A DNA stretch of 64,000 nt from positions 29,636,001 through 29,700,000 of the forward strand of contig CM022679.1 in the NCBI GenBank assembly GCA_012295275.1. Direction: 5' to 3'. The notes beneath the pieces were generated by a model. The model worked only from the letters and a program-made list of their open reading frames with translations. It was not told where the DNA came from and ran no database searches. Both the position numbers and the translations under genes were made by a program. Positions 40,901 to 51,844 of this stretch are shown piece after piece (the first letter of the stretch is position 1; each line of letters opens with the position of its first letter). Source of the DNA: Chrysomallon squamiferum. Taxonomy: Eukaryota; Animalia; Mollusca.

Positions 40901-42247
40901 AACCTTCTGGAAACTCGTAATCCAGTTTAGTAATTTTTTGAAAGATCTGGTATTCGTGGCTGTAAAATAAAACAAATACAAAACTGATGCCCTGGAAAGA
41001 ATACGCCACTTACAAATACACAGAACAGAATGGAATGTTATTGTGTACATGTACACACATACAGACACAAATACACCACACAAACACATACACCCACTGT
41101 CAGCTGAAAATAATGACCAGTTGGTTGGAACAGCATAATCAGTCTGTCTGTGTGTGTGGTGTGTGTCTGTGCTCACTCTTGTATATACACACAAACATGT
41201 ACAAAACTAGTGATGAGTTGTTAATAGAAGAGACTTACCCTCCTCTGAACGGTGGTAGTCCAGACAAGAACTGGTATATAATACAGCCAAACGCCCACAG
41301 ATCAGAACTGTAACACAAAAACACAGCACAACAGTGAGTACAAGTGACAAAAAATTCTATTATTTTACTGTATATTTTCACACATAGAAAATTTTATTTT
41401 AACTCCTACAGTAGTGAAATTGTTTTAACTGTATTAAAAATATCTTCACAATATAACAACACAATTTTGTTAATGATAATATGGACTATGTCAAGTGTGT
41501 ATTTTCAAAACAAGACATGCTTATTAAAGAAGTCTGGTAAATAAATATACACATACCTGTAACAGGTAGTTTTACTCGTTAGAACTTCAGGTGACACATA
41601 CTGAGCTGTCCCTACAAATGAATTTCGTCTGCCTGTGTTTGATGTGGCACCTTCTGTAACAGAAATATATTTTTTAGTCTATTTACAGCTGTAGATTATT
41701 TTTATTTAACAATGTGTAAAATTTTCTGATATACTGATAAACATTTTTAATATACCTCTGTAAGAGAAAAACATTTTTTAATCTATTTACATCTGTACTT
41801 TATTTTTATCTAACAATATGCAACATTTTCTGATATACTGATAAATATTTTTAATATATTGATGAACAGATAAATAGTTTTAATATATTCAGTACCATAC
41901 AGTATTTTATATTTACCAATATTTAAAATATACTGATAATCAGAGAAATATATGCTAATATATTCATTACTGTACATAAGTTTTATTTATCAATATGCAA
42001 ACTTTTTTTGATATATGGATAAATATTTTTAATATTTTGATAAAAAGATAAAAAAAAAAAAAATAATAATATATTCAGTATCTTGCTGTAATTTTAGTTT
42101 ATTAATATTCAAACCATGCTGGTAAACACAAATAAATATGAAATTCAGAAAAACTGATTTAATAAAAATAATTTAAATATAAAACATTTTTTTCTTTTGT
42201 ATGTTTTGTCTTTGTTAAATATTTTCTTTATAACCAAGTGATTAACA

Positions 42248-42312
<65 letters not shown>

Positions 42313-45300
42313 TTAAATAATTACCTGAATCTTGTTTAAGGATCTTGGCTGAGCCAAAGTCTGTAATCTGAATGTGCATATCATCATTTAGCAAAATGTT
42401 TTCTGGCTTCAGATCTCTGTAAAACAAACAAATAAAATTATATTTGTAGTGTCTCACTTTCTCTAAGTAAAAAAATATTATAATAATAATAATAATAATA
42501 AAATTATAATAAAAATAATAATAAAAAATAATAATAATAAATCCATTACAATAAAAAAAATAAATAAATGAATAAAAATAATAACAACAAAAAAGCATAA
42601 TAAAAAAATAATAAATCCATTAAATAATAAAAAACAAAAAAAAATGAATAATAATAATAATAATAAAAACAAAATTATAATAAAAAAAAGTAATAAAAGT
42701 AACAAGACAATAAATTTCTCAGTGGTTTGTGATTAAAAAAATAATAATAATAGATGATAAACAAAATAATGACAAAGTGAAGAAAATGAACAAGACAGAT
42801 ACATTTCTCAGTGGTTTGTGTTTTGAGATGTAAATTACTCACCTGTGGATGATGCCCAGCCCATGCAGGTATTCCAAAGCCACGACAATCTCACCTAATT
42901 TTACAGCTCTCAACTCAAAGTCTGGTATCATTAATGTCAAAGGAACAATACAGTTTGTTTATTTATTTGTAAACAACTCCCCCCTCCTAGCGTAGCTCAA
43001 CACAAAGTCTGGTGTCATTAAAGATCACAGCAACAATACATAGAAACTGTTTATTTATTTGTAAACAAGCGATTTATCCTAGTTTTACAACTCAACTCAA
43101 AGTCTGGTGTCATTAAAGATCACAGCAACAATACATAGAAACTGTTTATTTATTTGTAAACAAGCGATTTATCCTAGTTTTACAACTCAACAGTCCAGTA
43201 TCTGTCATACAATTTTTTTTTTTTTTTTAAAAGAGTTTAAAAACAAAATAATAATAATTAAAAAAAATAATAATAAAGTTAAAATATAAATAAATTAAAA
43301 TGTTTAAATTTTTTTAAAAATAAAGAAAGGCAGAAATATTAAAACTTACAAATTAAAGGAAAATAAACAAATAAATAAATAAATATTACTTTTGTGAAAA
43401 AATCAAATGCCCTGAATATTCATCATTTTTTTGTTTTTGTTTAAATAAACATTTACAACAGGGCTACCACAGTGAAAACAAGAATCTCTTAAACAGACCA
43501 GTGATTATAAAAACACACTAATATTCTAATATTTTCTGTTAACAATGCTGTTGCCAAGGATACAGAGTCTGTCGGCGTCCTGAAAGGTGCAGTACAGCTG
43601 AATGAAGAATGGGTGATTTATTTTTGTCAGCACTTCTTTTTCACGCATCACATATTCATTCTTCTTCTCTCTCATGATGTGTTTCTTCTCCAGTACTTTT
43701 ACTGTGTTTGTTTGGAATGGGATAAAAAAGAAAGAAATACAATCCATGTAAAGTATTTGTTAAATACAGTTATAAAATTTTCTTTTGTTGCTTACAAACT
43801 GATAGTGATAGGTAGACTAAAATTAGTGAAATTTCTTTCTGTTCATTTGTTTGTGTGTTTGTTTGTGTAAAACATAAATGTATTATAAACAAAGACGTTA
43901 CCAGCTACTTCTCTGTTTGTGCCCACTTCTTTTGCAAGATATACCTGAAAATTAAAATAAATAAATAAATTAGAAAAATATAAAAAGGATAAATAAAAAT
44001 AACTATTTTTTTTTTTTTCAAATTATAGATTACTATGTAACTGACTTAAACACACTATTTTTTAAAAGCATTACAAAGTTTAATATTATATATGTGTGTA
44101 TATTTATAAAACTTTGTGATACTTTTAAAATATAGTAATCCTTCAGTAACAAAAGTATTTCTTTAAAATAGAGCAACTCGTCAATAACAACAATAATAAT
44201 ATTCCTTAAAAGAAAATTTTCATAATACATACTGTAGAATATGAACCCTCTCCAATAATTTTTCCAAAGATGAAGTCATTTGGAGTTTTCTTTGCCAGAC
44301 GTTTTTCTGATGTTGTAATTGTGTCAGAACTGCTGATAGGTCTGGTTTTAGCCTCAGACTAGAAAAATAAACACGTTAAAAATTTATATTTTCCTGAAAA
44401 CAAAAACTAAAAGCAACAGTGATATCCATAATAATATTATTAATAATATTTACATAAAGTGATTCATGTTGGTGTGTTTTGTACTAATGAATCCGTAATT
44501 ATAAATATGTACATGTGTTAATGCTTCAGCCATGTTTGAGTTTGTACACAATGTAAAAATCTTCCTTATCCGATTATGGCAAATTTTATTATATTAAAGA
44601 AATATGCATTTGCAATAGTTTGTACCACACTGAAACAGAACGAACCAAGACTTAAATCTGCTATTTACAATTATCACAGTCAATAATTTCATAAATGATT
44701 TAAAGAATGTTTATAATATTCAGTTACAGACTGTAGACTTTATTATCTGCGCTCCAAAGCTAAAATTAAATATCTGTTCAGAATTAATTATTCAAGTATA
44801 AAATGAGCCATTATTAAAGAAACAGTGCACTTCGTATATTAAAATATAGAAAAAGATATGTGAAAACTTCACAGCACATAAACAATGTTTATAAGTCTGA
44901 TTACCGTGACATTATGTTGTGAAAGAAGACACAGCTATAGCAATAAAGTAGGAAAAATGATATCAATATTCACAGCGGCAAAGTCAACAGAATGAATGAT
45001 AAAATATTCAGAAGCAAATCTTTAAGCTTAATGCGTAATAATTTCCATGTCATGAATAAATGATTAAGATTTTTACATATGATTGCATACAGTTAGAGAG
45101 GGAATAGAAAATGGGGGATGTCTGTCTTGCCTAGGCAATCTCACCACATGGATGAAATCGTTCTACATTTTTTTGTTTAAAATCATTATATTATTAACCT
45201 TATTATCATTCATGTTATTTATATTTTATTTAAATATTAGAAAAAAAATTAAATTAAAATAATAATAATAATAATAATAATAATCATAATCTTATAAATT

Positions 45301-45966
45301 ATATATAACTTTGTAAGATTTTCATCTTTCATCAACTTTATAACGACCATCGCCCTGTTATTAACTGTTCTTACTGGCAGTGTCAAGTGAAAATCAATCA
45401 ATCAATTAAAATAATCAGTTATGATCAAAAGCAGGTAACTCTAAATGTTAATATAAATACTGAACAGGATTAGGCGTGATTAATAATCTTGAAGGTTGAT
45501 TGTTTTTTTTTTTTGTGAGTTCCAACGTCTTCTTTATCATATAAATATACAGAAACGAACGAATTACAAAAATATATCCATGAGGTATATGGCCACTCTT
45601 AAGGGGAAAGTGTTACTGAAAGAATACCCATTTCCAATGTCTGACATGTTGTGGTCCCATCTGAAAAGACACCAAATTTTTTTTGCATTATGAATTTAAT
45701 AAAAAGAGCATAATGAATACATATGAATATAAAGAGTATTACACTGTTGATGAGCTTGGAATAAGTATTCATTTATAATTGATAAATAGTTAACTATTCA
45801 CATTTATTCCAGAAATGGGGCAGTGGTGGATTTCCTTGAAAGATAGTTTAGAGTACTTTGTCAGTACTTTGTTTCATTTTACTCTATAATAAACATAATA
45901 ATAATTAAAATTAAAAAAAAAAAAACAAAATACCTGGTTCTCAACAACATCATTAGAAATTTCCAT
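35000..45966 (-). CDS. PDPK1: 3-phosphoinositide-dependent protein kinase 1 (AGC kinase + C-terminal PH domain), ~480 aa
   Basis: Exons (minus): 45966-45934 (start uncertain), 44358-44233, 43944-43902, 43701-43564, 43008-42843 (scrambled), 42416-42325, 41653-41557, 41307-41239, 40959-40863, 40480-40298, 39353-39307, 36590-36476, 35774-35677, 35369-35315, 35101-35000 (TGA). Motifs [62 protein letters not shown]; PH domain [39 protein letters not shown]. Confidence 0.95.
35763..35972 (-). repeat. ~100-108-bp tandem duplication copying a PDPK1 acceptor and 12 exon bases
   Basis: Minus strand ttttcttttcag|ggtttgttttct (real, exon starts 35774) and ttttcttttcag|agtttgttttct (copy, AG at 35883-35884). 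Confidence 0.92.
36595..36830. repeat. AAT/AAC low-complexity tract abutting a PDPK1 acceptor
   Basis: Mixed trinucleotide run; a similar tract lies at 42478-42700. Confidence 0.85.
40015..40275. repeat. 60-bp tandem array starting ~25 bp inside the PDPK1 intron after exon 40480-40298
   Basis: gtcagagctaatcctataaaggtttaaagataaactaaatgtctgtgacatgtaaacaat at 40021, 40081, 40141, 40201, partial at 40261. Confidence 0.95.
41651..41870 (-). repeat. Diverged ~103-bp duplication copying a PDPK1 acceptor
   Basis: + strand cttctgtaacagaaatatat...ttttctgatatactgataaa at 41651 and cctctgtaagagaaaaacat...ttttctgatatactgataaa at ~41755; fainter similarity continues to ~42130. Confidence 0.8.
42250..42311. 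repeat. (GT)n microsatellite
   Basis: About 30 perfect units, ~13 bp from a PDPK1 donor. Confidence 0.95.
42995..43192 (-). repeat. 95-bp tandem array copying the U12 branch point, acceptor and exon start of PDPK1
   Basis: Minus strand gtgatctttaatgacaccag|actttg(t/a)gttgag with AG at 43009-43010 (real) and 43104-43105 (copy). Confidence 0.9.
43009..43563 (-). other. U12-type (minor spliceosome) GT-AG intron in PDPK1
   Basis: 5' end GTATCCTTGG fits the U12 donor consensus RTATCCTT; TCTTTAAT branch-like motif (43024-43017) lies just upstream of the AG with no pyrimidine tract; splicing gives DRLY|FVLSYA in frame. Confidence 0.88.
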
Positions 45967-46929
45967 CAGTTATTCCCAGATCACTACAGTTATAACAAGT
46001 CCACTGGAATGGTTCCTGTAATTGCACAAACCCTCTGTAGATCTGACTGGTCATGTCACTGATGTTTGTCCTAGTTTGCCACAATGACCAACTGTCACAC
46101 TACCATACCTCATGATGCAGACTGACATCATGATTTCAAACAAGACACTTATTAACAGTCATTTCTTAAATAAAGTTTACCAGAAATCAAATGTGTACAA
46201 CTGAAGTATGTATGTATTTGCATGATGTCTGCCTATCTGACAAAAATGTTTTATACAAAATGCATCATTTGATGCTAATGATAAAATCTTGAGATTAATC
46301 ATCACGTATAATCCAATTTGTGTATCAACAAACAATGCAACATTTAGTCTTACCGACTTTTGATCATAACTGTGGTTTCAGCTGTCATTTAATTCAAGCA
46401 GGTTAAATGATTTTCAGTTGACAATACCAGTACCAATGGACGAATGGTTATTTAACACTAGTTGTAATATAGAAACCATATTTGATGTTATTATTTAAAG
46501 CAAACCTTTTTCCTCTGATTTAAAAAAAGGTAATAATAATTTTTATATTGAGGTGTTTTAATGATGTAATAATTATGAATCCTAAACTTAACTTGAAAAT
46601 AATATTACTTAACGTTTTTGTGCCCCACCCTTACCCGGTACTCAGTACTGTGATAAACAAACACACCGCTGCTAGTAATTAGTAAATTATTATATCTAAT
46701 TAACAGAATATTTTTGTATAAAGTATCTAAAAATAAACATAAATTCTCAGTAAAAGTGTTCCTGATTTAGCGAAACGGAAAACCTATGTGTGCAAACTAA
46801 TGCCGAAATCAAGCCGACATTTCAGATTTCTAATTTCGGAATAATCATTCCTGTAAATTATGTAGTTTTCAATACATTATTAAACATTAGAATATATTAA
46901 AATATTTCCGATATGCGTTTGAACAATTT

Positions 46930-47143
46930 ACCATATTTGTTGTGTCAATCTTAGTCTAATTACAACGAACAATTAAATATTTTTAACTGATCATCTACTA
47001 GCATCTTCCACAGGTGCGAAGAGCACCGAAATACAGTGCGCATGGCCGACAAACCGAGTAACTTCCTTTAGACAAAATAAAGGATGCATCAAACGAAACC
47101 GGTTCTAGTGTAAATAATGTAATCCGATCCGCGCTTAACACCC

Positions 47144-47185
<42 letters not shown>

Positions 47186-47700
47186 CATCATCATCATCAT
47201 AAAGTTAATATATTTTATCAATAAAAGGAGGGTTGATTTATTTAATTGGTTAGTTAGTTAGTTATTCATTACTCAATTTACTGTTAATAAATTATTACTT
47301 TATGAATTCGCAGCAGACAGCTGAAAGGGAGAAGAATTTCCACGTAACAGTTGTGTACTGTTTTTTTTGTGTTGTTCTTGTTGTTTTGTTTCCCCCCACT
47401 AAATCAGTATTCTTTTTCTGTTTTCTGTATTAACAGTTAGTCTTTAGCTGTAGCTATTCTAATATTTATAAAATAACAACTATAAAATGCTTTTCTCTTT
47501 TTATCGCTTTTATTATTTAAATTATATTCGCATTTTAGCCGAAACCAATACTCAAGGGGTTGTGTTACTTTAGAATGACGTCACGCACCTGCACATCCGG
47601 GAATCTTCAATGGCTGTGTCTGCCAGTAGGCGAAACACTGGGGAAACTGATGTGATTTCCGGATTTCACAAAGGTTTGTCTTTGTGTTCTCTGACATGGT
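46930..47700. promoter_or_regulatory. Probable divergent promoter region for PDPK1 (-) and an unidentified + strand gene
   Basis: Two CpG-richer patches (~46960-47135 and ~47575-47670) flanked by outward-facing donors (minus atg|gtaaat at 46932/46931; plus aag|gtttgt at 47673/47674); CRE-like tgacgtca at ~47576-47583. Confidence 0.5.
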
Positions 47701-48535
47701 CCCAGTTTGTTAATCCGCTTTTAGAAACTATTCTACACAGGTCAACTAGTGGTATACAGGCATTTATTATTTTATTTATTATTGCACCCAGGAAGAACTT
47801 TAAGATTGATAGGTGGAAAATAATAAGGAAATGATATAATATATCATATGTCTATACTGCTACAGTCTTAATTTCTAGTATACAACACTGCATGTTATCA
47901 CGAAGCTGGCTTCTAAATAATGGCATCATTTATACTGTTGTTTTGCCGAATGTTTACACATTATGTTAAGTTAATAAAGTCTTAAATGATAGAAAACAAC
48001 ATTCACATTGTGCTTTATCATTAGCAATACCAGACAAGAAGAAGAAGAAAAAACAAAACGAAAAGTACTCGTAGCTAATTTTGAAACAAACAAACAAATA
48101 AAATAAATACAAAAGCTACAAACTACTTTACAAAATGCTAATGACAGAATTGTTTTTATCACTGGTTTGATTAAAGTTAGTTGTGACATGGTTATTTACC
48201 TTGTTTTCATGACTCAGATATGGAAATGTGGTTTAAATTTATGGTAAAGCATGAATTAACACTCAAGAATCAATGTTTTTATGTCAAATAATTAAATAGT
48301 TGTTTATGCACATTTTCTGTACATACATTTCAACCAATGGACATTGACTGATATTACCATGCAGAACATGGTAACAGCATATACATATTATATACCATTT
48401 TATAAATATTCAATGATTAGAACAGATTTATGCAAAAAGTAATATAATGTGTAACTGCCATGACTATCATGTTACAAGTTATTTAATTATGAATAAATAG
48501 CAGTATGATACGTCACTATTTTAGTGTGGGTTATT

Positions 48536-48579
<44 letters not shown>

Positions 48580-51500
48580 GTATTTGAATGAAGCATAATT
48601 TATAATTTTAATTTTTAATACTTCATTTTTTTCCAAATACTTTTTAAAAAAAGAAGAAGAAAAAAAGAAATGCCAAGTGCCTTATGCAACTAACATTTTT
48701 ATCTGATCACACAAATTGCCAATACTAAACAGTGATAGATTACTATGTTAATATTTTAATTAGCTTCATGACTATTTTCTTTATGTTGGTTTTTGAGTAT
48801 ATGTTACTTACATATGAATTTAAAAAATACATATATCGTTGACTTCAATGTTTTCGTTTCAGGCATTTCAAACCATCTATAAACCAGCTATTGGATAAAG
48901 ATGTTTACTATAAAAGTCTGAGGTAAGATTTTTTATGTATTTTTTATTTATTTATATATATATGCAGTGGACTCTGTCAAAATCGGATTAACCTGAGACC
49001 CATGGAATATGCAGGTTTAGACAGAGCGCCAGTTCATAAAAATTAAAATAACCATAAATTTAAGCATATGTTCTTACGAATATTACAGTCACTGATGACA
49101 GCATAGTTTTCATATTTTTCTTCAAAACGAGCTTCTCTGTCATGGCCTCCAGGTTTAATGTGGTTGGCAAAAGATTTAATTTGTTTTAACATTTGAAGAA
49201 CATCAGTGTATGAAAGTTTGGTCATTGGGTTGTTGTGTGCGTTGTCATCATGCTCTTCTGAACTGTCGTCTGCTGATTTTCCCATTCTCTAAGCTGGGAT
49301 GTTGTGATCAAATAAAACAAACTCTGCCACATTAACATCACAGGATATGGGTTGCAAGAGGCATATTGTCATCAGAATTGTAATCAGAAGTGAAAGCAAC
49401 GAATCATAAAACACTTCATAACTGTTGTGTATAAAACAGTTAATCATTTTTTCAAACCTTCCCACCTTTTGCTGCTTTGGTTTATTTATGAGCAGGTGTC
49501 CTGTCTGGTAATGTTCAGAAAGACAGACCCATCTCATCGCAGTTAAAGAAATTTTTTTTTTTTTTATATCTCCAATTATTGTTGGTAAATGTAACTTAAA
49601 GTCATCTGCAATATAATGACTGACACCTGCACTCTCTCCCAGTAATTTCAAACTGTTTGATGTTAAACCAAATTTTTCATGAAGTTAGCCAGCCATCCAA
49701 AGCTTTGAAGTCAGGTACTCCTAGTGTTCATCTAACTGAATGACATTTTCTTTTCAAATCAGGCCAAAATTAGGCAGTGTTTTGGCTCCTGCCTGCTGAA
49801 ACCACTGATGCAACAATCCATTCAGATTTTTGAATTTGCAGGGTTTTTTTCTCTGCTGAAATGTTGGTTTTGTAGAATTGTCGGTAATGGTCACAACATT
49901 TTAAAATGTCAGATACTGTCTGTCTTCCTATTTTAAACTGCCTAGCTAAATCTTTCTCTTTATACTGTGGAATTGATGAAAATTCTTCTATTAATTTCAG
50001 TGTAGATTTCAATAAAAGTTTGATATGTTTTAGGACCCTCTGCCATTACAACAGATTCAGTAAGACAGCAAAACTGTTCATCTTAGCTGGATATAGTAAT
50101 TACAAGAAGCATGGCTTCATTTCTTATTAAATTAGTCAAAGCTGGTTTTCACAGAGTGCACTATATATATGTGTTTTTTGTTTTTTTTAAATTTTATTTA
50201 TTTATTTATTTTTGTTTCAGTGTTGCACTAGTTTTGTATTTCTAGTAAATAATTGCCAAGTTTCTATTGTTTATTATTAAACAAGTTTAGAATTATATTT
50301 AAACATTAGTTATTTCCTTCAGATCTCAATGAATATGGTGATTAATGGCTGCCTGTAGTTTTTCCTTGTATTTTTATTCTCAACGACTTCATTCATTAAT
50401 TATATAAAATTGTTTTTGTGTTGTTTAAACCTGACTGAATATTTATTAGCCTCACTAAACTACTGAGGACATTATTCTAGAAAAATCATTTGTATTGAAA
50501 TTGTTATCAATTAAAAAGTTGTTTGCATAAACAAGTTAAAGTTTAATAGGTTTAATAATCTGTTAATAATTACGATGTTGTTTGGTGATTAATTCATAAT
50601 TATTTGCACTTTATGGTTTAAATAAACTGTTGATACAGTAAATAATATTGATAAAATATATGTCTTTATTAACAATTGATGATTTTAGTTGGCTAATTTT
50701 GTTAGAATCTTTGATAACAGGAATGCTAAATTAAATCTTCATTAGTGCATAAAAAACAGAATAGAAAGGTCAAAACTAATATTTTTTAATATTAATAAAC
50801 AAAATGATAATAACTTTAAAAAACTGTTTTTTTCCTGTTTATATTAATATGATTTTAATGATTAAATGATTATAATTTTTTTAAATAATTTGTGTTCTAT
50901 AAAAATAAAACAGGTTTTTTTTTTTTTTTTTTTTTTTAATAATTATTCTGTTTCATATTTCATTTAAATTTCTTTTGAGCTTTAATGTGCATTTTTATAT
51001 GCTGAACACAATATTATGTACATAAAGTAATAATAGCAGTGGTATTTAAAAAATAAAAAATGAAAATATTTTGATATCTATTACTTTTATTCTTAAAATA
51101 GTAACAGTAAACAAAATAAATTTAAAAAAGTCATTTTTAAAAATAATTTTCTTGAATTAAAAGTTGCAATTGATTATGATTTAAATGAATTTAACTGTAA
51201 ATAATGTAATTGGGCTGTATAAACACAATAATAAATGCTATTAATAAATTATCCAAAAATTTATACTGTATTATAAATACTTGTCAATTTTTAATCCTAA
51301 TATGATAGATTTTGCTATGTAATCAAGAATTATCTCCCTTATGTTGGTAAACAGAAACAAATCCCAAACACAAAACAAAAACACTAACAGAACCCCCCCA
51401 AAACCCCAATTTTTTACATTTTAATTTTGTTTAATAAGCTGAAACCTTTACAAATAATATAATTAGGCATTAAAAATACAAATACAATAATTTCAGTTTT

Positions 51501-51844
51501 AAAATAGTTATACTAGCTTTTGTAAGTATACCAGAGTTACTTCCCTTGGATTGATAAATAGGAGAAATTTTCTAACATCAAAAATGTCTGTGTGTGTGTA
51601 GAGAGAGAGACAGAAAAAGTCAATTCAGGTTCATAATCAGATGATTAATTAATTAATTTATTATTTTTTCTAAAAATTTGAGTTAGAATTAAAAGACATA
51701 AAAAGTAAAAATGTGAAATTCTGTTACAATATAATGGAATTTCATTTGGATTTTTTTATATTAGAGATTTAAATAAAATTCTTAATACAAAGATGGTTAT
51801 TACTGTGTTGTTTTCAGATTCATAGAACAAATCAAGAGAAACAG
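47600..51844 (+). other. Putative non-coding 5' exons of a long-intron gene continuing to the right
   Basis: Candidate exons ~47600-47673, 48863-48922 (tttcag...gag|gtaaga) and 51818-51844 (ttttcag...cag|gtatgt); the spliced frame from ATG 47610 stops in the second exon; no recognisable protein. Confidence 0.35.
48965..50163 (-). mobile_element. Decayed, internally deleted Tigger/pogo-family DNA transposon
   Basis: Imperfect TIRs: cagtggactctgtcaaaatcgg (48965) versus right-end reverse complement tagtgcactctgtgaaaaccag (50163), in TA-rich flanks. Frameshifted minus-strand fragments: psq-type HTH (KEKDLARQFKIGRQTVSDILK), CENP-B HTH (WFQQARAK...GWLANF), GESAGV and DEMGL-like DDE start, acidic C-terminal tail. 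Confidence 0.85.

Noticed and set aside
2257-43008. Calling TMF1 or PDPK1 pseudogenes
   Set aside because: Lesions are confined to a homopolymer and repeat-adjacent exons, and all other exons are intact with consistent phases; assembly artefact is more likely.
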